Assembly (NCBI GenBank): GCA_002104905.1
Contig: MCFE01000519.1
Span: 1-63,103, forward strand
DNA length: 63,103 bases
Reading direction: 5' to 3'
Source: Basidiobolus meristosporus CBS 931.73
Lineage: Eukaryota > Fungi > Basidiobolomycota
Shown: positions 37,545 to 49,149 of the stretch, piece after piece
How positions within the stretch are numbered: position 1 is the stretch's first letter
Layout of the letters: every line of letters starts with the position of its first letter
Program-made: the position numbers and the translations under genes
The notes under the pieces: model-generated
What the model saw: the letters and a program-made list of their open reading frames with translations, nothing else
Databases searched by the model: none
Told to the model about the DNA's origin: nothing

Positions 37545-38776
37545 CCAGGCTGGAGCAAAGAACTTCATAAAATGATATTTTAATTAATTTTTCATCAATG
37601 CATCCAAGATTAAAGAGAGGGGGCGATTTCAAATACCTGTCAACTGTCCGTTAGCATTAGTAATGGTGATCAGAGATCTTCCAATATGTTGCTGCAGGCA
37701 ATATTCTTCGTGTCAGACCAGGCGTGATAACTCTCTCTTTCTACCAAGAAAACGTCAAGTGAGACTGTGCTGTGGCTGTCACGCTACGGTCATAAATAGT
37801 GATGTGCACCCATAATGAATGGTTGTTACGTATAGTGAGTATAAATACATGTCAAACACCAACCCATTTCGAGAAGGTGTCTTTCATGGAAATGTGGGAT
37901 AATATGTGGGAGTGCCCAATCACAGCGGCCCAACAGCATGGGCTTCTCACGTTAGCAAGATTAATTTTGTCATGAATACTATTTATCCATTTGCCAGATT
38001 AGATATTCGCACCCAACGCATCCAACAGTCGAGTTCCATTCGGAATTCTGCAACAATCGTGCTGTCAAAGTGACACTGTATTCGTCAGAGCTTGCGCCAG
38101 TAGAATATGCAATGTTGGGGTGGCTTTGTTGAATCAATGGGAGGCGAGCATTTGGTGCTTAGAAAAGTAGACTTGTAGATTAGCCAGGTATTCAAGAGCT
38201 TCTAGCCCTTGTTCCGCCCTAGGTGGTTGTTAATGAGTTCGTGCTCCCAGGAGAAATTGCAAAGCAGCTGTTTCGATTGTGAGTATTGGAATCCACTGAG
38301 ACTTACATAATGAGTCATTCCGCACAATCGAGTTGAATACCAGAGAGTTGTACTACAGCCGTCTACATTAGCAAATATATTTCATAACTCTATTTCCATC
38401 TGTTATATCCTGGTATTTCCATTTGCGTGTCAATGCTAGTGATTATATCCTGGAATTTCCATTTGGGTGTCGAGGTCTCAAATGGAGGTCTCATCTGCTA
38501 ACCCTCCTTGACTGAGCCTGAAAACCATCACTCAATATGGTATGTTTTGTACACTGCATTCCAGATGGAAATCTCCATATTGGGACGAAAAATGTCAAGG
38601 AGAATTATGGATTTGTCAGGAAACCCATACAGGAACCCACACAATAGGTGCCATTCATTGCTCATTTAGGCCGTCCTGATCGTAATTGCACGAGTGTATA
38701 AGAGCCATCAGCCCTTTATAACCGGGACTATGCTATACTCCAATTACCATCACCACCATTCGCACCTCCATCCACA

Positions 38777-39811
38777 ATGACTTCCTCCAACTTGCTATCG
38801 CTTCCGTGCGAAATCCTGGCTCATATATTGACCTTTGTTGACAATTCGTCATTGGCTTCGCTGACTTTTGTCAATGCTACCATGGCCGCTTTGGTTAGTC
38901 AAGGTCTCCAATCGAGAGAGAACCTTCTAACCTCGTTGATTGTGGCTGAAAATGACTCGAACAACCCAGCCATCCTGGCTCGTGCCACTCAAAAGCCAGC
39001 CTTGCAATTAGGTGTTCCCGCTTCTGCCATCTATAAACGCACCGACTCCTTGCTGCCACAGGAGCCTATGCCTGCACTTGCCAAAGTATACTCAGTAAAA
39101 AACTTGTTCTTTTTACTCAGCCAAGTGAAAGAGAGACAACGGAAAGCTATTGACTCCATCGTTGACGAATGCCAGTTCCGCCGCTGCATTAGAGATAACG
39201 ATCCAGTCACTGCACGCCCCTCCTGCTTTATGAAACATCCTAATGGTGCAATGAGGATCTACAGCCTTCCCACCATGGAGCAGGTGATCCAGTTGGAACA
39301 GCGTTTGAGCATCTCCCTGCCTATGGATTACGTTCATTTCTTGTTAAATCATTCGCACAAACTCCACCATTTTCTTTCTTTCTCACGAGAGGCAAAGTGT
39401 GAAGGAGTCCAAATCACGGAGTTGGGCAATCTAGATTACATCAAAACCACAAAGACCATCGAGTCGATGTCCATTTATCAACCTAGCGTCTTGCTCGCAC
39501 AAGGACGCCCAAGACGTTTCCTGTGCGTCTATTCCAGCAGGAACGCCGGATATAAGATTTATCTGGATGTGACGGATCCTCTACACCACAGCTTCGGATG
39601 CGTGTACAGCACCTGGGATTCGGAGCTAAATAATCCAATTCCGACCTGGGTTGACCACTCATTCACTGATCTTCTGGCACGTATGAGTGCTACAATCAAG
39701 GAAAGCCCAATCAAATCTCCATCCAAAGTGAATGCTAGAATTCTTACCGAACCTCCAAAAGTTATATCAGCATTCCGACAGGAAACACACGTTAGAGGCA
39801 TCTTCCAATGA
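38777..39811 (+). CDS. F-box protein with an SMI1/KNR4 (SUKH)-like domain, intronless
   Basis: N-terminal LLSLPCEILAHILTFV (F-box); TMEQVIQLEQRLSISLPMDYVHFL matches the SMI1/KNR4 start motif. Confidence 0.7.
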   Translation: MTSSNLLSLPCEILAHILTFVDNSSLASLTFVNATMAALVSQGLQSRENLLTSLIVAENDSNNPAILARATQKPALQLGVPASAIYKRTDSLLPQEPMPALAKVYSVKNLFFLLSQVKERQRKAIDSIVDECQFRRCIRDNDPVTARPSCFMKHPNGAMRIYSLPTMEQVIQLEQRLSISLPMDYVHFLLNHSHKLHHFLSFSREAKCEGVQITELGNLDYIKTTKTIESMSIYQPSVLLAQGRPRRFLCVYSSRNAGYKIYLDVTDPLHHSFGCVYSTWDSELNNPIPTWVDHSFTDLLARMSATIKESPIKSPSKVNARILTEPPKVISAFRQETHVRGIFQ

Positions 39812-40431
39812 GCTCCAACAGGGAATCATTCCATGTAAATACCCGATCATCTGCTTTTTTGTTATATAGAAATCCCTAATTCTACTGAAATAAATCAATT
39901 CCATTTATCCCAATCCTGTCTAAGCTGTATGATTAGTAGCTAATACACAAAGGAGCAAACTACAAAAAAACTGCTAAGATGCCACCCTCATAGAGGAGTA
40001 GCTAATGTCTTAACACAAGTGTTATTAAAGGCACTGTTGTGCCACTTCCGTCCTTATCGAGGGGATTGCTAACTTTCTCTCGACTCGTATCAACACAATT
40101 GCTAGGTTAACGAAAACGCTTATAACTTATTTGAATCTCTAGTGTCTTGAGTTTATGGGATTGGACAGAAATTCTGTAGTCGGTCGGAAATGTGGTGGTG
40201 ACCCATCTCCCTGATCAGAGTTGTTTACCATTGATGCTCGAGAGTACATAATTAAAAGGTTTGGCTCTATTAGGGAACCTTTTTATCCTACAGCTGGAGT
40301 TGTATATAGAAGCCAATTCTTTCACAGCGTATAAACCAAGTGTGAGATACTTCCTTTCCGTAGAAAGCGTGATCCCTCTCTGCTTCATTAACGCACATTT
40401 GAAAGTCTGGCAACCTTCGCGTTTATGCCAA

Positions 40432-42259
40432 ATGTTGACACTCGACCTGTTGCCAACCCAAACAACAATCCATTCGAAAGTTCCCAAAAGAATTTCTATG
40501 GAAACCGACTATTTGAGCTTTGGGAGAGATAAAACAAAGCATTACGTTTTGTTGGCAAACATCATTTCTAGACAGCACGCGGAAATTCATTACGACAATG
40601 GTGCGTACTATATAGTGGACTTTGGCAGTACGAATGGCACATTGATCAACCACGTCAAGATCATACCGAACACACGTAATAAGCTTCACGATAAGGATAT
40701 TATTGCTTTCGGCGGAGGTGGTGGGCTGAAGCCTGGCCAGAAAGTAAGTGTCCCTGATACGCCATTCTACTACAAGTGCAGTATTTCAGTACGAGAGCAA
40801 GACGACGCACCACCTACGGGCTTATGCACCCCAAAGCCTTTGGAAAAACAACACCCAGCAGCCCACATTGTTGAGATCCCCTCCTCGTCCCCTATCTGTA
40901 AACCAGCGGAAAGTCCCTCCCAAAGAAAATTCTGGAATGGCCTGTGTAATATGGCAAACATTTCGGAAGAACAGAAGCCTCCTTTGGCATTCACCAAGAA
41001 ACTACAGAAACAAGAGATACTGTCGCCGGAAATCCAAGCGGCCTCTTCAAGTATTAGAGAATCGAGGTTGCCAGATGATCCATTCCATTCGAGCACATCA
41101 AAACCCACCCCTATATCCACGGTGCAGCAAAATAGTCGAGCCAGGCATCAAAGCGATTTGCAGAAGCCATCGCAGCAGCAGAATCCTTTCTTTCTTGGGA
41201 AGTCGGCCTCGCTGGATTTACTTAATTCACATGTTATTGATGAGCCGGTGGATACTAGCATCTCCACTTCAAGCCATCCAAACCTACAACCTCAAGACCC
41301 CCAACTGACAATCAACGAAGCATACCAAAACTCCTACCACCTGGAAGAAAAGCTGATCGACCTGAGTTCCGAGTTGTCGGAGGGTTATTTCTCACAGGAG
41401 TACAAATTCGACCTGAGAATCCCCACGCCTTTGGATTCACAACCTTCGCTTTCTAAACAAGGAACCACCTTGGCCGAGGATGTCTCGGGAAAGAGAGAAG
41501 GGAAGGCCAGGGAGATCATCAGCCCAGCTACCCCAGTTGCGCTAAAAGAGTCCTCTACAGTGGAGATGCAAGAGGATGTCGAGGCTCCCGACACATCCAA
41601 TCAGTGCTTCAAGGAACTCGAGTCAGAAATCACCTGTGCTATATGCTGGGAGTATCTAGTCTCCGCCCACTTTTTGAACCCGTTAGTTGGACTGTCTCTG
41701 GTTTGGATAACATTATCGTTCTAATTTCCTTTCTTAGATGCGGCCATATATTTTGTGGTGAATGCATATCAGAGTGGATATCAGCCAATGAGGTAAGTGG
41801 TGAGGCAGTTTATAGAACATGGCTTACAACTGCTGACCAATTCAAAGGTCCCGCAATGCCCCTCATGCCGAGTGAAATTCAAAGGGTACGTGAGTTTGGT
41901 ACACACAGTGGATATTCCTCAGAGACTCAATGAGCTCCAAGTGTTCCTATAGCTTCCACCACCATGGACAATATAGTGTCAGTAGTAGCAACCCGGTTCC
42001 TTTCTTCCTCAGAAGTGGAGGAACGCACCAATCGTCAGCAGTAAGTACCGCATTTGGGTTGGTTTAGCAGTGCTAGTGCTTACCAGGTGATAGATCTTGG
42101 AAGGAGAAATCTCAGAAACGGAAGTTTACTGAAATCAACATAGAAGAAGAGATGGGTGAGCGTAGACTGAGACGTAGAAATCTACCGTTCAGCAGGCCTC
42201 AAAGAAGTCAATCCATAACTGACATGTTCCGTGAGCGCGCTCGGAGAGGCCTTAATTAG
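40432..42259 (+). CDS. FHA + RING E3 ligase (RNF8/CHFR-like architecture)
   Basis: FHA motifs FGRD, ISRQHA and DFGSTNGT; RING CAICWEYL..P/CGHIFCGECISEW..CPSCR split by introns; 3' end approximate. Confidence 0.85.
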
Positions 42260-42941
42260 CACTTTATTCCACTCTTCTTGGTAAGATTGCTCGTTTTCGG
42301 TAGTGTACACGTCCTACCTACTAGCGTTTAGGTAATGTAATTCTTGGACTTGTTCCGCACAAATTTTGAATTGGACCAAAACAATATCAAGCTTTGTAAA
42401 CATGCTCGCTCTTGCAAACAATAGATAAATATGTATTATAAACACAGCTGCCATTGCGTAGATAGTAGGCCTTTGCCTGGGGTATTACTAACAACCAACG
42501 ATTCCTGCAAATCCATTCTATCCCTTTGTCTAGAACATAGCCCTGGAGGAAATGCAACAACAACGATACACCGGTTGGAGCTGACCCAATCAAACTGGGA
42601 AAGGGAGTGTTTCGACCACCCAGAATAGTGATGTGGGTTAGGATTAGGCCCCAGACTTTGTTACTTAATATTATCGTTAAACATCACTGGGTGTTGCGGT
42701 GATGTTGACTTTTCTACCCCGAACGTTCTGTCCACTCACCTTGGGTCGAATAATTGATTTTCCAAAATTGATTTCGATGGACTTTTTATCGAACTTGCTT
42801 GGATTCTTGCTCACATCCTCTTGTCTATTTTGGACTTGCTCCTTCGTAGTTTTGCTATACAACCATCTTGCATTTCTCCAACGCCCAACGCGGTGGACTA
42901 TCTTGCCTTCTCCTTTAGCCGTATAAACCAGACACCTGCTT

Positions 42942-44565
42942 ATGTCTAAGAATCCTGAAGATGGGCGTCGGGAGGTTCCTGGGGTAGTTGGTATCCACTA
43001 CCGTGTTGGAAAGAAAATCGGCATGGGAAGTTTCGGCGTCATATACGAAGGTCGGGCCCATTTTACCTGTAGATGCAAGCGTGGTCATCTGTTTTAACGC
43101 TTCCATTTGATTTCCGCTACGATTAGGCACCGACCTCGTCAAAAACCAACAGATTGCAATTAAATTTGTATCCTTTGCTTCATTCCTCAACCTCCACCGG
43201 TTTCAGCCAGGTACACTTTCCTCACCTTAACTCGTAGCGTGCCTCTTCCACAGGAAGCAAAAAGAACCGAGGTGCCTCAGCTACGTGATGAATATCGCAC
43301 CTACAAGATTCTTGCCGGAACACGTAAGCGCAACTCTAGCTCTCTTGGGAAAGCAGTATCTCACGTTGCTTCCAAATGGAAACATAGCTGGTATCCCCGC
43401 CGCGTACTACTTTAACCAGGAAGATATATACAACGTGTTGGTCATCGACCTGTTGGGGCCCAGTTTAGAAGATCTGTTTGAAAGCTGTCACCGTAAGTTT
43501 AGTGTGAAAACGGTGGCCATGCTTTCCAAGCAAATGGTTTGTACATCTCCAGACTAGCAGTTGCTTCATCAAGGTTGTTGAACGGTCCATTGTGTGTAGC
43601 TTGCCCGGGTTGAATCTGTCCATGAGCACAACCTCATCTATCGTGACATCAAGCCCGACAATTTTTTGATTGGCCGCCCTCACTCGAAATACGCCCACCA
43701 AGTGTTCATGGTGGATTTCGGAATGGCCAAGTACTACCGCGACCCTAAAACTAAGCAGCACATCCCGTATAGAGAGCGCAAAAGCCTAAGTGGTACCGCT
43801 CGCTACATGAGCATCAATACCCATCTTGGCCGAGGTACCGTATGACTTGACTAATCCAAGTGGAACGCTGGCTCATGCGTCTTTTTAGAGCAATCTCGCC
43901 GGGATGATCTGGAGGCGCTTGGCCACGTTATTATGTACTTTTTGAGAGGTGCCCTCCCTTGGCAAGGACTCAAGGCTGCGACTAACAAGCAAAAATACCA
44001 ACGCATCGGTGAAACCAAGCAGACCACTCCAATCAAAGAGCTTGGTCAGGGCTTTCCAGGTAGGCGTCGGGTTGCGCCATCTCTACACCGCTCATGGCTA
44101 ACATTGATCAGAGGAGTTTGGCGAGTATCTTAGATATGCTCGGGAGCTTGCTTTCGACGAAACTCCTGATTACAAGTACCTCCGCGGATTGTTCGACCGC
44201 GTCCTCGAGAAGCTGGGTGAGCGTGACGATGGGATGTTCGATTGGATGCTAACCGACAAGAGCGGTGGAAATGATGTAAGTAGGCGTGCTTTCTTACCAT
44301 GCCTGCTGTGGATGCTCACACACCTTTACTCTAGACTAGCGAACACGGCTCTCAGTCCTTCCTTCAGCCAGAACGTAGCACTACCCCGCGTAATTCACAG
44401 CACCGCCCGCAGTATAACAAAAGCCCTAACAGCAGCAGCCACCATCACCGCGCCCATAGATTGCATGATTCGAGACGCAACATCTCGCCTCCATCCACCG
44501 AGTCATCCAAGGGATTCTGGGCAAGATTGATGGAGGTTTTGACATGTCGCTCGTGTTGCACATAA
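42942..44565 (+). CDS. Casein kinase I, Yck/Cki membrane-anchored type (multi-exon)
   Basis: [61 protein letters not shown]; C-terminal ..TCRSCCT* lipidation-type cysteines. Confidence 0.93.
43168..43253 (+). other. U12-type (minor spliceosome) GT-AG intron in the CK1 gene
   Basis: 5' site GTATCCTTT, branch CCTTAAC at 43225-43231, 3' CAG; phase-0 splicing restores IAIKF|[14 protein letters not shown]. Confidence 0.8.
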
Positions 44566-45086
44566 AGCAATTATTTCACTCCATTAATGCATCTACTATT
44601 CTATCCAAATTCCATTCCATCTTCCCTCATTTTTGACACCTCTCCATATGTGTAACCCTAGCGTGGCCCTAATTTACAATCATTAGACAACTGAAATAAA
44701 CTTGGTGAATATCAGAGAATAGCTGTCAATCGGTGATAATGCTGACCCAACAACGAGTTTGAGCTATTGTTGTTGCAGGGGTTAAGCTTGGTGTTTTGTG
44801 GGCACTAGATGCCATTCATGTAGTGTTTTGATGGCATCATGTCTGTCTTTGTGGCAATTTTATCCTATTTTTGGACATGCCTTAAATAGTTATCCTAGTT
44901 CTGGATATACATAGCCTCACACCAGTACTTGTCAAATGATAGACATGCTCCTACCTCCATATATAGTAAAGGGATTTGTTGTTCCTGAGGTTGGTACAGA
45001 GTTTGGTCAAGTTGATTTGAGTTGGATAGCGCATCAGTATTAGTAGAAGAGTACCCGTTAACATTTTCTAGTAGAGCCTTGGTTGG

Positions 45087-45937
45087 CTAAAGCTTTGAAA
45101 TGTCCGCTGGTAAAACGAGTGCAAAGTTCGTGATTAGATGACTACTCATATTGGCAACAATTTCCAAAATACACCATAGTACAGCTCCATTGACATTAGT
45201 TTCCATATAGGTGTAACAAGGAAAGTGGGCGAAGTTCCACGAACAACTAGTGGCCTTTGGGTAAGCAAGGACTTGAACAATTTGAGGCCCTTCTGCTTGA
45301 TTAGTTGCATGAGTTGATAGAGAGTCACATCTTCATCCTGAGGATAAGTATAGATGACTTTTCCTTCTTTGAGGCGTGGGTTCAAGTAATCTTTGGCTTC
45401 AACCGGCTGTTTCCTATAGGATCAGTGAAGTAAAAGACGTTGGTCGCCCAGTAGTATCCTTCCTCGTCTTTGTACGGTGCATAGGTGTGTTTAAAACCGA
45501 TGGATTTGTACCTATTGGACTATGAGCATTCATTTTATCATCGAGAGTTTAGGAACCTACTTTGATAAGGCTCATTATACCTTCCAGTGAGGGATATCAT
45601 GTAAGGGTTGTAAGCGAATGACATCAGGCTCCAAAGCATCCCCGCTCTTGGCAAGCTGGGAGTCAATTGATACATTATGATGCCTGCTAAGATCAGTAGT
45701 GATATTGAGCGTGATCCCAGGAAACTTGCTGTAGAATGCTTTGACCACATCCGCATCTGCATTCGGTAGATCCCCTCCAGCAAAGACAGTTATTATGCCA
45801 CCTTCGGCAAGGGCCTCCTTGCAAAGTCGTTGAAGCTCGGCCTCCTCCCTTTTTAAGTACCGTGGCTTAGCACGCGACTCGAAAGGAAGAAGTGATACAA
45901 TGGCAACAAATAAAGAAAATGAGAGAGAAAACTTCAT
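45087..45937 (-). pseudogene. Frameshifted/truncated secreted bacterial-type ABC solute-binding protein (PBP2 fold)
   Basis: Signal peptide, then EALAEGGIITVFAGGD..FYSKFPGITLNITTDLS..IDSQLA..PDV..LQ.LHD.PHWK; later YKDEEGYYWA; a frameshift to PVEAKDYLNPRLK..YTYPQDEDV..RGTSP; then premature stops. Confidence 0.6.
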
Positions 45938-47991
45938 GGTTGAATTGCAGTAAACCCAAGATTGCCTTACCATTTTATAGAAGTTTAATGTAACGAACTC
46001 TGAACTGTGTTACTAGCTCGAGTTCAGCAAGAACCCAGATATTCGGTGCCTAGTATGGAATATGGGGTTGATATAACATATATATACATGCCTTCGATGC
46101 CAAAAACCTAAATAGGCTAATTTATCCTACCCACCGTTCGGTTAGTGATTCATTCCAATTATATTATGGCTTATACTCAGATTATATATATAATGTATCG
46201 AGCCACAAGGGTACTCGACCTCAAGTAGTGGATGCATATACTGTCAATCAGTCCGATCTACCAGATACTGTTCTTAGTTGTCAGACAACTTCATGGCAAT
46301 TCGTTTATTCTCTTGATTGCCGCGGCTGGTCAGAATTGGAGGGTGGGCTTATGATGATGCGCGGGGGAGCAATCAGTACTTGGATAGTGTAAGCACTTTT
46401 TTAGTAGCCAAATAAGATGTGGCTACCACTGTATAGATGACACAAATATATATAGAATCCGCTTTTGGTTGGCACGAAGTATCGTAATACGGAACAAGCA
46501 AACGTAAGCGCAATGGTCAGGGCCTTGGTGTCGAATACCGTGGTTTGCTGCATTCATTGCTTACTAGTATCTGCCATTGCCTGAGTGGCTTTCTAGTATA
46601 ACTTTAGTGCGGAAAGCAGCAGATGTCCGATAGTCATGTTGAGGAATTTTAGATAAGATTGACCAGAAAGCTTGTTGACAATATATGCAGCCTGAGATCC
46701 TTCAGGCATGTGAGGTATAAAGCACGCAAAATTAGTACTTAAAGTGAAAGAGCAACACTTATAAGAGTAGAAGTAGAGCTTGAAGTATTCGAATGTACGT
46801 GATTTCAACAAATTACCTCGGTGTGAAATGGGTTATCAGTGGTAATACCTACTCCTACTCAACCAACATTTCATACCATTGGACTTAAATTTATCTATAG
46901 GTACAGCATTGGTAAGAAGTCATTCCACCTGTTAGAAGATGAAGAAGTTCAAAATACTTAAGGTTTATACTGTGATGCTTCAAAATGCGAAATAACTTTA
47001 GGTAACGACACAAGTGTACCCATTATGGACCAGAGTACTGAATATTTATCAAAGATCCTACCACTGTTTATGTCAAACCTTTCCAAAATGGGGAAATCAT
47101 GAAAATTGTTACTAGTGGTCTGGTGTTGTAGGATTCTAATACTCAAATGAGGCCTAAGAGGAGGTGCTTCCACCTCATAAAGTTATTCCATGAAGGTCTC
47201 TGGCTTTCAAGTATAATGAAATTCGTTGAGTCTATGGTATCATCAGAAAAGGTTACGAACTTTGAAGAGTCTATACCATCTCAAATATCGGTACACTATA
47301 GTGGTTACAATATACCAGCAACCTATATATATATATCAACATGCTCTAATATGGTCGCAGCCGCAACAAGCACCATGTGCGGATATCAGTTGAGACAGTC
47401 CGATTCAAATCAGTTTGATCAAACAATCTTCACTTCGATTAATTTCATTTTAGATGGTTAATTGATGACAAGTTGAATGTTTAAATATATGATTAAGAGA
47501 GCAGCGATAAAGATCTGAAAAACTGTAACGAGACAGAGTGACAATAAGCATTATTCCATCTGTTTGTATATTTCACAAGCACATGGAGTTTTCCTGGCTT
47601 CTCTGGGAAAAAACCAACATCAGTTGTTGCGTACTTTTCATTTATTCTCTACAGCAGATTAGGATGATTATGACATATATCTTGGCATTTTAATCAGCTT
47701 TTGGGTCACCACGTGTTGTTCTAGCTGTAGAGTTTAATTTGCTTATGTTGTCGTACTATGCTGTAGTAATGGATGAACAATGTGGGAAGAATGCTTGGAA
47801 TAAAGGAAACCAGTTTGGACAAAAGTTTCCCATAACACAGCACGACAATTGTATGGATGGAGTATTTTTCATGTACTAAGCCTGCTGGTGAGCTTCCAAG
47901 TTCCCAGAAATTTTAAGAAATATAAAAGATGAGCATTGAGCAGTTGAAAGTATAACAAATTTATATCTTCTCTCTAGGCGTCTTCCGAAAG

Positions 47992-48159
47992 ATGAAACTA
48001 TCTGCTGCTACCCTTTTCGCTACTTTTGTTGCCCTGGCCACCGTGACTGCTGAGGCTACTCCAGTTCCTGGTAGTGACACTATTGAACCTCTTGCTTGCT
48101 GTGTCGAGTGGTGTGTTGATCAGAATAGGTGTTGCCATTGGAATGCTTGTCTTCCATGA
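47992..48159 (+). CDS. Secreted six-cysteine micro-peptide precursor (55 aa), missed by the ORF track
   Basis: MKLSAATLFATFVALATVTAEATPVPGSDTIEPLACCVEWCVDQNRCCHWNACLP*; TATAAAA at 47921; GC-richer than its flanks. Confidence 0.75.
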   Translation: MKLSAATLFATFVALATVTAEATPVPGSDTIEPLACCVEWCVDQNRCCHWNACLP

Positions 48160-49149
48160 ATCAAGCTGTCAAATTAACAAACGGACCCTTGTGGCAGATT
48201 GTTTGAAGCGCAATAATGTTTGCTGAACCCAAATAGTGGTAAAATCTGAAACAACCGGTATGAAAATCCCAATATTTAAAAGTTACACTTACTGAAAGAT
48301 GAGAAGACACGCAAAGAATAGCAATTACAACATGAGCGAGTATCTATCGGATACAAAGTGTTGGATTATTTCTAATAAAACTATCAGGCATAATGTGTTT
48401 ACAGTAGTGATGCACAAAGCAAGCGGTGCTAGGAACTTCATGGGATTTGGAACAATTGGGTGAAAGTATGGTTTTACATCAAAGTATTTGAGAACTCTGT
48501 ACGTCTTAATTACTTGCAATGCCAAATTGATTGTAGATATATTGAATCTCTAAAGTCCTCATTTACAACCACTTTTTTGTAAGCATTGTTGTGAGAGAGC
48601 TAACACTCTCAAATCCAGAATATTTTTTTGGCTTCTCAAGTGCTTCTCTCCGAGGATGAGGTAAGTAATGAAGTAGGGTTGATTACCTCAACAACCACAA
48701 TTCCCAAGAGCCTCATAGACTTGAGCCTCATATTGGGGACATGCGAGTGCTTGCACAGAGAGGCTAGTTACAGTAGCATGGATACTGCACCAGGTAGGGA
48801 ATCCCCGTAAGCAGAGTGCGCAGCAGATTTAACAATGAAAGTCTAAAACCGAAGCAAGAAACAGGTTTTGCGGATACGCATCTTTGAGTACTCTTTGGCA
48901 CATTCACATTCGAATCGTGTATTGCTTTTTATTTCCCACGAAAAACCTAAATCACAGGGTACGATAGGTCATTTACATATTCTCCTACCAACCTCCACAT
49001 ATATATGCAGAAACAACTTCGGCTTGACAATGGCATTGACAGTTACACTTATACGTATACTTTTGGTCAATTTACGGAGTTACCAGCACATTCCTGTGTT
49101 ACAATAAATAATAATAAAGCCTCGGCTGGTATATCCTTGGCAATAGGAA

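Noticed and set aside
42215-42245. SQSITDMF as a PIP degron in the FHA-RING tail
   Set aside because: Q is misplaced, the +4 basic residue is absent, and the exon assignment is uncertain.
46960-47461. LYCDASK (retrotransposon RNase H-like) and an ABCC-like fragment
   Set aside because: Isolated short matches with no flanking motifs.
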